This document shows positions 8,511-17,335 of a stretch of 64,000 nucleotides of DNA, one piece after another. The stretch is from Treponemataceae bacterium (lineage in GTDB: Bacteria > Spirochaetota > Spirochaetia > Treponematales > Rectinemataceae). Each line of letters starts with the position of its first letter. The first letter of the stretch is position 1. Below the pieces are notes generated by a model that was not told where the DNA came from, made no database searches, and saw only the letters and a list, made by a program, of their open reading frames with translations. The position numbers and the translations under genes were made by a program. The DNA lies in the NCBI GenBank assembly GCA_963678065.2, contig CAXXVZ010000003.1, positions 128,001 to 192,000 on the forward strand, in the 5' to 3' direction.

Positions 8511-10346
8511 ATGTGTGGAATAGTCGGCTACACCGGACCCCGCAAGGCAGCGGGCATAATCGTCGAAGGTCTGAAAAGGCTCGAGTATCGCGGATATGAT
8601 TCCGCAGGAATCGCTATCGGACAGATCCGCGAGGGCGTCGGCTCGCTCTGCATCGTCAGACGGACCGGCAAGGTGAGCGCCCTGGCTCAGGCGGCGGCTT
8701 CCGTGACCGATGGTTCCTGGGGCATCGGGCACACCCGCTGGGCGACCCACGGCGGCGTCACCGAGATCAACGCCCATCCCCATGTCGACGCGTCCGGAAA
8801 AATCGCCGTCGCCCACAACGGCATCATAGAGAACCACCGCGCCCTGCACGAAATGCTCGTCAAGGAAGGCGTGAAATTCGCGAGCGAGACCGACACGGAA
8901 GTCATTCCCCACATGATCGCGAAATTCTACACAGGCGACCTCGAGGCGGCGGTGAAGGCTGCCCTCGTCCATCTGGAAGGAACCTACGGCATCGCCTGCG
9001 TCCACGCCGACGAACCCGGCCGCATCGTGGGCGCGCGCAACGGCAGCCCTCTCGTCATCGGCGTGGGGCAGGGCGAAATGTTCATCGCGAGCGACGTCTC
9101 CGCTATGATCGCCCACACCAACCAGGTCATCTACCTCAACGATGGCGAGATCGTGAGCATGGACCGCGATTCCTGGAGGATCACCGACCGGAAGGACCGC
9201 GAGATCGACAAGAAGGTCGACGAAGTGACCTGGGAGCTCGGCGCGATAGAGAAGGGTAATTTCGCCTGCTACATGGAGAAGGAGATTTTCGAGCAGCCCG
9301 ATTCGGTGGCGCGGGCCCTCTCTGGGCGCATGGATACGGAGAATGTCACCGCCAAGCTCGGAGGCCTCAATCTCGACAAGCATCAGCTGCGCGCCGTCGG
9401 ACGGGTCAAGGTCATCGCCGCCGGTACGAGCTGGCACGCCGGCACTATAGGCACCTGGCTCATCGAATCTCTCGCCCGCCTTCCCGCCTCCGCCGAACTC
9501 GCGAGCGAGATACGCTACAAGAATCCCGTAGTGGAGAAGGACAGCCTCTGGTTCGTCGTGAGCCAGTCCGGCGAGACAGCCGACTCGCTGTTCGCCATGC
9601 GGGAGATCCAGCGCAAGGGAGCCACAGTCCTCGGAATCTGCAATGTAGTCGGCTCGACGATCGCGCGCGAATCGGAGGGAGGCATCTACGTCCACTCCGG
9701 TCCGGAGATCGCCGTCGCGTCGACGAAGGCTTTCACGAGCCAGCTCTCCGCCTTCTACCTCGTCGCCCTCCTCCTCGGACGCATGCGCGACATGTCCCGC
9801 GAGGACGGAACCCGCTATCTCAATGCCCTCGCCGCTGTCCCCGACGCTATCGGGAAGACTCTGGAGCGGAGGGACAGCATTCAGCGCGTCGCCAAGAAAT
9901 ACTGCCACGCGAAGAGTTTCCTCTTCCTCGGCCGCGGCCTTCTGTACCCGATCGCCCTGGAGGGCGCCCTCAAACTGAAAGAAATATCCTACATCCACGC
10001 CGAAGGCTGCGGCGCGGGCGAGATGAAGCACGGACCCATCGCCCTCATCACGCCGGAAGTGCCCAGCGTCTTCCTCGTGCCGGACGACCACCTCCGCGAG
10101 AAGATCATATCCAATATCAGGGAGATCAAAGCGCGCGGAGGCCCTGTCATAGCGGTCGGCGTCGAGGGAGACAGGGAGGTCGAGGCCCTGGTCGACGACT
10201 TTATTTCCGTGCCCAAGGGCGACCCGCGCTTCTATCCTTTTACCATGGTCGTCCCGCTCCAGCTCCTGGCCTATTTCTGCGCCCTCGAGCTCGGCCGCGA
10301 CGTGGACCAGCCACGGAATCTCGCTAAGTCTGTTACGGTGGAGTGA
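8511..10346 (+). CDS. glmS: Glutamine-fructose-6-phosphate aminotransferase (isomerizing)
   Basis: MCGIVG, LEYRGYDSAG, GHTRWATHG, SQSGET, VASTKAFT, C-terminal PRNLAKSVTVE. Confidence 0.99.
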   Translation: MCGIVGYTGPRKAAGIIVEGLKRLEYRGYDSAGIAIGQIREGVGSLCIVRRTGKVSALAQAAASVTDGSWGIGHTRWATHGGVTEINAHPHVDASGKIAVAHNGIIENHRALHEMLVKEGVKFASETDTEVIPHMIAKFYTGDLEAAVKAALVHLEGTYGIACVHADEPGRIVGARNGSPLVIGVGQGEMFIASDVSAMIAHTNQVIYLNDGEIVSMDRDSWRITDRKDREIDKKVDEVTWELGAIEKGNFACYMEKEIFEQPDSVARALSGRMDTENVTAKLGGLNLDKHQLRAVGRVKVIAAGTSWHAGTIGTWLIESLARLPASAELASEIRYKNPVVEKDSLWFVVSQSGETADSLFAMREIQRKGATVLGICNVVGSTIARESEGGIYVHSGPEIAVASTKAFTSQLSAFYLVALLLGRMRDMSREDGTRYLNALAAVPDAIGKTLERRDSIQRVAKKYCHAKSFLFLGRGLLYPIALEGALKLKEISYIHAEGCGAGEMKHGPIALITPEVPSVFLVPDDHLREKIISNIREIKARGGPVIAVGVEGDREVEALVDDFISVPKGDPRFYPFTMVVPLQLLAYFCALELGRDVDQPRNLAKSVTVE

Positions 10347-10348
10347 AG

Positions 10349-10426
10349 GTGAATCCGGACGTCGTCCGCGTCGCGAGCGACGTGGACCAGCCACGGAATC
10401 TCGCCAAGTCTGTTACGGTGGAGTGA
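10349..10426 (+). CDS. Candidate 25-aa mini-ORF MNPDVVRVASDVDQPRNLAKSVTVE (copy 1 of the GlmS C-tail)
   Basis: GTG 2 nt after the glmS stop, GGAG 5 nt upstream, in frame with the duplicated glmS tail. Translation unproven. Confidence 0.35.
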   Translation: MNPDVVRVASDVDQPRNLAKSVTVE

Positions 10427-10428
10427 AG

Positions 10429-10506
10429 GTGAATCCGGACGTCGTCCGCGTCGCGAGCGACGTGGACCAGCCACGGAATCTCGCCAAGTCTGTTACGGTG
10501 GAGTGA
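10429..10506 (+). CDS. Candidate 25-aa mini-ORF, identical copy 2
   Basis: Exact 80-bp shifted copy of 10349..10426. Confidence 0.35.
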   Translation: MNPDVVRVASDVDQPRNLAKSVTVE

Positions 10507-10528
10507 CCTGCCGATGATCGCCGGACAG

Positions 10529-10568
10529 CATGGCCGCCCTCGCGGGCGCGCCCGCAAGGGCGGCCATG
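10529..10568. terminator. Long GC-rich hairpin downstream of the glmS array (no U-tract)
   Basis: catggccgccctcgcgggc-gc-gcccgcaagggcggccatg inverted repeat. Confidence 0.55.
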
Positions 10569-10627
10569 TCGTGTCAGTAGATGAAACGCTATGGCCAATA
10601 AATAATTACCGATATACATTTTCTGGA

Positions 10628-10656
10628 TTGTCCGTCAGCCTAACTGCGGGTATACT
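10628..10656 (+). promoter_or_regulatory. Putative sigma70 promoter of the liv operon
   Basis: TTGTCC-N17-TATACT; AGGAGG RBS at 10681. Confidence 0.6.
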
Positions 10657-10691
10657 GACCTCGGTTTACCCAATCTTTCCAGGAGGTATTA

Positions 10692-11855
10692 ATGAAAATG
10701 CGAGCTTTCCTCTCTCTGCTTCTCGTAGTATCCCTCGCTCTCGTCGGCTGCGCCGGCGGTGGTGGCAAGGGCGACGTCATCAAGGTGGGCTGGTTCGGCG
10801 CCCTCACCGGTGACCAGGCTGTCTGGGGCGAGAACGAGCTCAACACGGTCAAGATGCTGTTTGAAGAGTACAACGCCGCTGGCGGAATCGATGTTGGCAA
10901 CAAGAAATACAAGCTCGAAGTGATTGGATACGACAACAAGGGCGACGCCCAGGAAGCCGTCAACGTCACCAAGCGCCTCACCGGCCAGGACAAGGTCGTC
11001 GCCATCCTCGGGCCGAACGCCTCCGGCAACGCTATCCCCATCGCCTCCATTCTCGAGAAGGCCAAGGTCCCCGACATCGCGACCGTCGCGACCAATCCCA
11101 AGGTCACCGTTATGGACGGCAAGGTGAAGCCCTACAACTTCCGCGTCTGCTTCATCGACCCCTACCAGGGCGCTGTCGCCGCCGGCTACGCCTTCGACAA
11201 GCTCGGCGCCAAGAAGGCAGCCGTCCTCTACGATGTGTCCGACGACTACTCCCAGGGTCTCCGTGAGTTCTTCATCGAGAACTTCAAGAAGAAGGGTGGC
11301 GAGATCGTCGCCGACGAATCCTTCAAGGGCGGCGACGTGGACTTCCGCGCCCAGCTCTCCAAGATCAAGGCCGCCAAGCCCGATGTCATTTTCATGCCCT
11401 ACTTCTTCAAGGAAGTCGCCCTCTCGGCCAACCAGGCCCGCGAACTCGGCATGAAGCAGACGATGATCGGCGGCGACGGCTGGCCATCGGAGCAGCTGAT
11501 CTCCATGGGCGGCAAGGCCGTGGAAGGCTCCTACTTCGTCAACCACCTCGACTACAGCGATCCCGCTGTCGCCGACTACAAGGCCCGCTACCTCGCCAAG
11601 TATGGCAAGGAGACCGAGCTCAACGGCTACCTCGTCCACGACGCAGTGCTCATGCTCGTCGACGGACTGAAGCGCGCGGGCAAGGTCAACGGCGAAGCCC
11701 TCGCCAAGGCCCTCGCGACCACCGATATCGTGGGAATCACCGGAAAGATCAAGATCGGCGCCGACACCCACAACCCTGAAGGGAAGGACGCGGCCATTCT
11801 CAAGATCATCGACGGCAAGTACGTGTTCCAGGGCAAATACTCGCCCACTATGTAA
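10692..11855 (+). CDS. livK: Branched-chain amino acid ABC transporter substrate-binding lipoprotein
   Basis: Lipobox LVGC; IKVGWFGALTG, YNFRVCFIDPYQG, DFRAQLSKIK; first gene of a livHMGF cluster. Confidence 0.92.
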   Translation: MKMRAFLSLLLVVSLALVGCAGGGGKGDVIKVGWFGALTGDQAVWGENELNTVKMLFEEYNAAGGIDVGNKKYKLEVIGYDNKGDAQEAVNVTKRLTGQDKVVAILGPNASGNAIPIASILEKAKVPDIATVATNPKVTVMDGKVKPYNFRVCFIDPYQGAVAAGYAFDKLGAKKAAVLYDVSDDYSQGLREFFIENFKKKGGEIVADESFKGGDVDFRAQLSKIKAAKPDVIFMPYFFKEVALSANQARELGMKQTMIGGDGWPSEQLISMGGKAVEGSYFVNHLDYSDPAVADYKARYLAKYGKETELNGYLVHDAVLMLVDGLKRAGKVNGEALAKALATTDIVGITGKIKIGADTHNPEGKDAAILKIIDGKYVFQGKYSPTM

Positions 11856-11868
11856 TTTCCGCGGAATC

Positions 11869-11906
11869 AGCCGAACCGGCCCCAAAAAGGGCCGGTTCGG
11901 CTTTTT
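11869..11906 (+). terminator. Intrinsic terminator or stabilising hairpin after the binding-protein gene
   Basis: agccgaaccggccc...gggccggttcggct followed by tttt. Confidence 0.8.
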
Positions 11907-11930
11907 GAGGCGGCACAAGGATACCCGGGC

Positions 11931-12809
11931 ATGGTTCAATTCCTTCAACAGCTGATAAACGGTCTGTCCATCGGGTCCGTCTACGCCCTCATGGCGGTCG
12001 GATATTCCCTCGTGTACAGCATCATGAATTTCTCCAACTTCGCACACGGCGGAGTCATCATGCTTGGGGCATATTTCGGCTTCTATGCCCTGACGGCTTT
12101 CAAGCTGCCTTTTGCCCTCGCTTTCCTCGTGGCCACGGCCGGCACGGGGATTCTCGCCGTCATCATCGAACGCATAGCCTACAAACCTCTCCGCGACAGG
12201 CGCGCTCCCTTCCTGTATTTCATCATATCGGCCATGGGGGCTTCGATTTTCCTCGAAAATATCGTCATTGCCACAATTGGTCCCACGTTCAGAACCTATC
12301 CTGAAATCTTCGAGCGCACTCCCATCGCCCTCGGCCCGGTCGCCATCGGGCGGCTCGACCTTCTCGCCTTCACAGTCTCCGCCGTATGCCTGACGGCCCT
12401 CGTCCTCTTCATCGAGAAAACCAAACTCGGCAAGGCCATCCAGGCCTCGGCCTACAACATGAAAGCCTGCGCCCTCATGGGCGTCAACACCGACCTCGTA
12501 GTCCTCGTGGTCTTCGCTCTCGGAGGAATACTCGCCGGAGTGGCTGGCGTCTTCTTCGGGATGAAGTACACGGTCTATCCTCAGATCGGCAATATCACAC
12601 TGAAATCCTTTATCGCGGCCGTCTTTGGCGGTCTCGGCTCTCTTCCGGGCGCGGTCATCGGTTCGATTCTTCTCGGAACCATCGAGACTCTTGTGGCGGG
12701 TTACCTCTCATCCCAGTTCCGCGACCTCATCGCCTTCGTGATTCTGATCGGGGTACTCGTGTTCCGACCCTCGGGAATCATGGGCAAAGTCGCCGAAGAT
12801 AAGGCTTAA
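11931..12809 (+). CDS. livH: Branched-chain amino acid ABC transporter permease
   Basis: QQLINGLSIGSVYAL, NFAHG, AAVFGGLGS, FRPSGI. Confidence 0.95.
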   Translation: MVQFLQQLINGLSIGSVYALMAVGYSLVYSIMNFSNFAHGGVIMLGAYFGFYALTAFKLPFALAFLVATAGTGILAVIIERIAYKPLRDRRAPFLYFIISAMGASIFLENIVIATIGPTFRTYPEIFERTPIALGPVAIGRLDLLAFTVSAVCLTALVLFIEKTKLGKAIQASAYNMKACALMGVNTDLVVLVVFALGGILAGVAGVFFGMKYTVYPQIGNITLKSFIAAVFGGLGSLPGAVIGSILLGTIETLVAGYLSSQFRDLIAFVILIGVLVFRPSGIMGKVAEDKA

Positions 12810-12819
12810 GGAGCGGACG

Positions 12820-13764
12820 ATGGATCTCTCCTACATACAGGGCATATTCATGCTCGCGGGCATCAACCTCATCGCTGTGCTGGGCCTCTGCCTCCTGACG
12901 GGTTTCACGGGGCTCTTCTCTTTCGGGCACGCAGGTTTCATGCTGATCGGCGCCTACATCGGGGCATTCCTGACCCAGCCCGTCGCGACCACTCCCGCCG
13001 GCCTCGGTCTTCCCTTCATCGTCGGCATGGCCGGCGCGGCGACCGCAGCCGGTCTCTCCGCCTGGGTCATCGGCAAGATCACACTGAAGCTCAAGGGCGA
13101 CTACTTCTGCATAGCCACCCTGGGCTTCGGCGAGGCCATCCGGCTCGTCTTCGACAACTTCCAGGGCTTCGGCGGATCGCGCGGCTGGCCGCTGCGCGGC
13201 GACCTCGGCCCTTGGTACTTCTGGATCATACTCGCCTGCGACGTCGTCGGCGTGATCTTCCTCGCCAACCTCGTGCGCTCGCGGCACGGGCGGAACATGA
13301 TAGCCGTCCGCGAAGAAGAGCTGGCCGCCCAGATAGCCGGCGTCGACGTGGTCAGGTACAAGATGACTGCCCTCATCATCTCCGCCATCTATGCGGGCGT
13401 CGCCGGCTACCTCCTCGGCAACTACCTCACCTTCATCCAGCCCAAGATATTCAACCTCAACAAGTCGACGGAACTCACCATCATCGTGATTTTCGGCGGT
13501 CTCGGCTCCATCTCGGGCAGTGTCATCGGAGCCCTCATCCTGACGGCCCTGCCCGAGGTGTTGCGCTTCTTCGCGATCTGGCGCCTCGTCTTCTACGGCG
13601 CCGCCGTCATCCTCATCATGGTCGCTCGACCCCAGGGGCTCATGGGTGGCATGGAGCTCACGCCTTCCGGGATACGGAAGGCTCTCGCCGCGAGGCGGGC
13701 CCGACTCGCTCCCGTCTCCGGACCTGGTTCCGGCAGGTCGGACACTTCGGGAGGTCCGAAATGA
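12820..13764 (+). CDS. livM: Branched-chain amino acid ABC transporter permease
   Basis: GFTGLFSFGHAGF, LKGDYFCIATLGFGE, GRNMIAVREEE, RPQGL. Confidence 0.95.
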   Translation: MDLSYIQGIFMLAGINLIAVLGLCLLTGFTGLFSFGHAGFMLIGAYIGAFLTQPVATTPAGLGLPFIVGMAGAATAAGLSAWVIGKITLKLKGDYFCIATLGFGEAIRLVFDNFQGFGGSRGWPLRGDLGPWYFWIILACDVVGVIFLANLVRSRHGRNMIAVREEELAAQIAGVDVVRYKMTALIISAIYAGVAGYLLGNYLTFIQPKIFNLNKSTELTIIVIFGGLGSISGSVIGALILTALPEVLRFFAIWRLVFYGAAVILIMVARPQGLMGGMELTPSGIRKALAARRARLAPVSGPGSGRSDTSGGPK

Positions 13765-14530
13765 ACATTCTCGAAGTACGGAATCTCACCAAGCGCTTCG
13801 GGGGGCTAGCCGCCGTCAACGACGTCTCCTTCGACATACGCGAAGGCGGCATCGTCGGACTCATCGGCCCGAACGGCGCGGGAAAGACGACGATCTTCAA
13901 CCTCATCACGGGCGTGTACAAGGTGACCGTGGGTTCGGTGAACTTTCAGGGCAAGATGATAACGGATCTGGAGCCCTTCAGGATCGCCGATGCCGGCGTC
14001 ACCCGCACCTTCCAGAACATCAGGCTCTTCAAAAACCTCTCGGTATTCGACAATGTCCTCACCGCCTGTCACCTTTCGGCGAAATACAGCCTCGCGGAGT
14101 CCATCCTCCGCCTGTCGCGCTTCCGCCGCGAGGAGAAGATGCTGAAAGAGAAGGCCGCCGGCCTCCTCGAGATCATGGGTCTTCAGGACAGGCTCGAGGT
14201 CACGGCGAACAACCTTCCCTACGGGCTTCAGAGACGGCTGGAGATCACGCGCGCCCTCGCCCTCGACCCGAAACTCCTTCTCCTGGACGAACCCGCCGCC
14301 GGCATGAACCCGGACGAGACCGAGCAGCTCATGAGGCTGATCTCGGAAGTGAGGACACGCTTCGACCTGTCGGTTCTCGTGATAGAACACCACATGGATC
14401 TCATCATGGGGATCTGCGAGCGCATCGTCGTGCTCAATTTCGGCTGCAAGCTCGCGGACGGCAGCGCCGAAGAGGTCGCGGCCAATCCGAAGGTTGTGGA
14501 AGCCTATCTCGGCGCCGAGGAGGGTACACC

Positions 14531-14534
<4 letters not shown>
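13761..14534 (+). CDS. livG: Branched-chain amino acid ABC transporter ATP-binding protein
   Basis: Starts MNILEV (ATGA overlap); GPNGAGKTT, TRTFQNIRLF, LPYG.QRRLE, LLDEPAAG. Confidence 0.95.
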
Positions 14535-15250
<716 letters not shown>

Positions 15251-15267
15251 ATCGGGGTTCTGCGACG

Positions 15268-15303
15268 AAAGGCCATCCGGCGGAGTGCCCGGGATGGCCT
15301 TTT
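15268..15303. terminator. Bidirectional intrinsic terminator
   Basis: aaaggccatcc...ggatggcctttt between convergent genes. Confidence 0.75.
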
Positions 15304-15344
15304 GCAGCGATGCACGATTCGAAGAGACCGAATGCCGAATTGAC

Positions 15345-15731
15345 TCAGAAGCGGAACTCCGCGTGTCCTGCCTTCATGTATGCCTTGAGATCGGCCACAG
15401 CCGCGTTGAGGAGGGCCGCATCCTGCGCGCCGCACGCTCCGATTCCCTTGTAGGCTGTGTTCACGAAAGCGCCGAGGGTTTTCCTCCAATCCTCAAGGCT
15501 CCCCTTCGGCGGCGCCATGACGAGTAGTTTATTCATGCCCTGGGCCATCAGCATGAGGTTCTGCGCTGCTCCCGAAAAGTTGTTTTTTTCCGCCGCAGCG
15601 GATATCTGTACAATGAGCGATGCGTTGCCGCGCATCACCGTGACGGCGGTTCCATGATCGTACGAGTCCTGAGCGAAGATAAATCCAGAGACCAGAATGA
15701 ATAACGCTGCAAGGAAAACTGTTTTCCTCAT
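15345..15731 (-). CDS. Secreted four-helix protein resembling cytochrome b562
   Basis: Signal peptide MRKTVFLAALFILVSGFIFA; N-terminal Met, central PPK and C-terminal AAVADLKAYMKAGHAEFR resembling b562 AAAEQLKTTRNAYHQKYR; AGGAGG RBS. Confidence 0.6.
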   Translation of the reverse strand: MRKTVFLAALFILVSGFIFAQDSYDHGTAVTVMRGNASLIVQISAAAEKNNFSGAAQNLMLMAQGMNKLLVMAPPKGSLEDWRKTLGAFVNTAYKGIGACGAQDAALLNAAVADLKAYMKAGHAEFRF

Positions 15732-15803
15732 CGGCATCCTCCTGGTTTGAAAAATACAGGGCGCAACGATCATCGTCAATATTAATTAGTAAAATTGTCA
15801 GAA

Positions 15804-17195
15804 TTACAAATTCCGGAGCAGCGAGCGGTAGAACAGGGCAGCGCGCCTGAGATTCCCGATTTCGACCTTTTCGTTCCGGCCGTGGACTCCCTTGAGGTCT
15901 TCCTGGGTCTGGGAGAGCGGGGTAAATCGGTAGATGGCCCGCGCGATGTAGCGGTAATGCTTCGTGTCCGTTCCGGCGCTGAAAAGGAAGGGGACGGCAG
16001 CGACGTGGGGGAAGGATGCCGAGAGGGCGGCAACGAGCGCGCGCCAGCCCTCGTGGTCGACAGGGGATTCGTCCGAGGGTTCGACCACGTTGTCGGGGTA
16101 GGCGTTGGAGGCCTGTACGCCGTACCGGGCCACGATTCCCTGCACGCGGTCGAGGGCTCCGCGAGTCGTCTCTCCGGGCAGGATGCGCATGTTTACAATG
16201 GCGCTGGCCTTGTCCGCGAGGACGTTCTCTTTGCCGCTTCCGCGAAGCATGGTGGGGGCCGCCGTCGTGCGGATGAGGGCGTTCGTCGTGGCGGCGCCTG
16301 AAAATGCCATCTTGACGAGGGGAGCCGTGAGCCAGAGATTCCGGAACAGCGCACGGTAGGCTGCGGGGACATGGGGCGAGAGCATCGAGAGGAAGCTCCG
16401 GACGGTGAAGACGAGGCGGGGAGGGAAGGGATGGGCTTCGATTGCCGCAACCGCGCGGCAAAGATCGCCGGTGGCTGTCCTCTTCGGCGGCATCGAGGCG
16501 TGCCCCCCGGACGCGGTGGCCGTGAGCTGGACATCCATGTAGCCTTTTTCCGCTATGCCCACGAGGGCGAGGGGTTTGTCCGCGAAGGAGAGCATGCCGT
16601 CGGCTATGGGGCCGCCCTCGTCGAGGAGGAACGATGCCCTGATTCCTTTTTCCGCGAGCCGGGCCGCGACGCGCGCGGCGCCCCGCGTGCCCCCCGTCTC
16701 CTCGTCGCCCCCGAAGGCGAAAAAGATTGTCCGCTCGGGAGCGAATCCCGCTCCGATCAGTTTTTCCGCGGCAAAGAGGGCCGAGGCCAGCATGACCTTG
16801 ATATCCTGCGTGCCGCGGCCCCACACGGCGCCGCCGGCTATGTCGCCGGAGAAGGGATCGTGTTCCCAGAGAGGGGCGTCTTCCGCCGGGACGACGTCGA
16901 AATGGGCGCAGAGGATCGCCGGCTCGAGGGAGGGGTTGCGCCCTTTCCACTCGAAGAGAAGCCCGCGCGCGCCTACGTCTTCGCGGAGCATCGTTTTATG
17001 GACGGCCGGAAAGAGTTCCCGCAGACAGGCCCGGAGGTTTTCAAACGGCGCTTCCTCTTCCTTCCCGGGATCGAACTGCGACACGGTGGGAAAGCGGACG
17101 AGGGCGGACAGGACCTCCTCGATCCCGGCCATGGCTCCGATGTCGACATCTTCTTTGGCCGGGTTCAAACCGGAACGCGCCGAGGAATCACTCAT
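15804..17195 (-). CDS. M20-family metallopeptidase (carboxypeptidase S/PM20D1-like)
   Basis: AHFDVVP, WGRGTQDIK, GGDEETGG, LDEGG, GGHASMP, GTDTKHY, VHGRNE. Confidence 0.92.
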   Translation of the reverse strand: MSDSSARSGLNPAKEDVDIGAMAGIEEVLSALVRFPTVSQFDPGKEEEAPFENLRACLRELFPAVHKTMLREDVGARGLLFEWKGRNPSLEPAILCAHFDVVPAEDAPLWEHDPFSGDIAGGAVWGRGTQDIKVMLASALFAAEKLIGAGFAPERTIFFAFGGDEETGGTRGAARVAARLAEKGIRASFLLDEGGPIADGMLSFADKPLALVGIAEKGYMDVQLTATASGGHASMPPKRTATGDLCRAVAAIEAHPFPPRLVFTVRSFLSMLSPHVPAAYRALFRNLWLTAPLVKMAFSGAATTNALIRTTAAPTMLRGSGKENVLADKASAIVNMRILPGETTRGALDRVQGIVARYGVQASNAYPDNVVEPSDESPVDHEGWRALVAALSASFPHVAAVPFLFSAGTDTKHYRYIARAIYRFTPLSQTQEDLKGVHGRNEKVEIGNLRRAALFYRSLLRNL

Positions 17196-17335
17196 GGGAC
17201 TTCTCCTTATCCTTACAGTATGACTTCCTGCCGGGGGCGCGGTCAACATGAGCTACCGATTGAACATGCCGTGCCAGACTGGAATCCCTCCCGAATCCAG
17301 TACATACTGTTGAGAATTATCGATCGGGAGGATTC

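Larger units (their letters stand above)
10297..10506 (+). repeat. 80-bp-period array: glmS 3' end (50 bp) x3 separated by an identical 30-bp spacer x2
   Basis: cgtggaccagccacggaatctcgcYaagtctgttacggtggagtga at 10301, 10381 and 10461; spacer aggtgaatccggacgtcgtccgcgtcgcga at 10347 and 10427. Confidence 0.97.

Noticed and set aside
10297..10506. R-S-R-S-R array as a CRISPR
   Set aside because: The repeat is the glmS coding end, the two spacers are identical, and no cas genes are present.
17261..17277. CTGGCACG upstream of the M20 peptidase as a sigma54 promoter
   Set aside because: Good -24 element but the -12 position reads TC; too weak to call.
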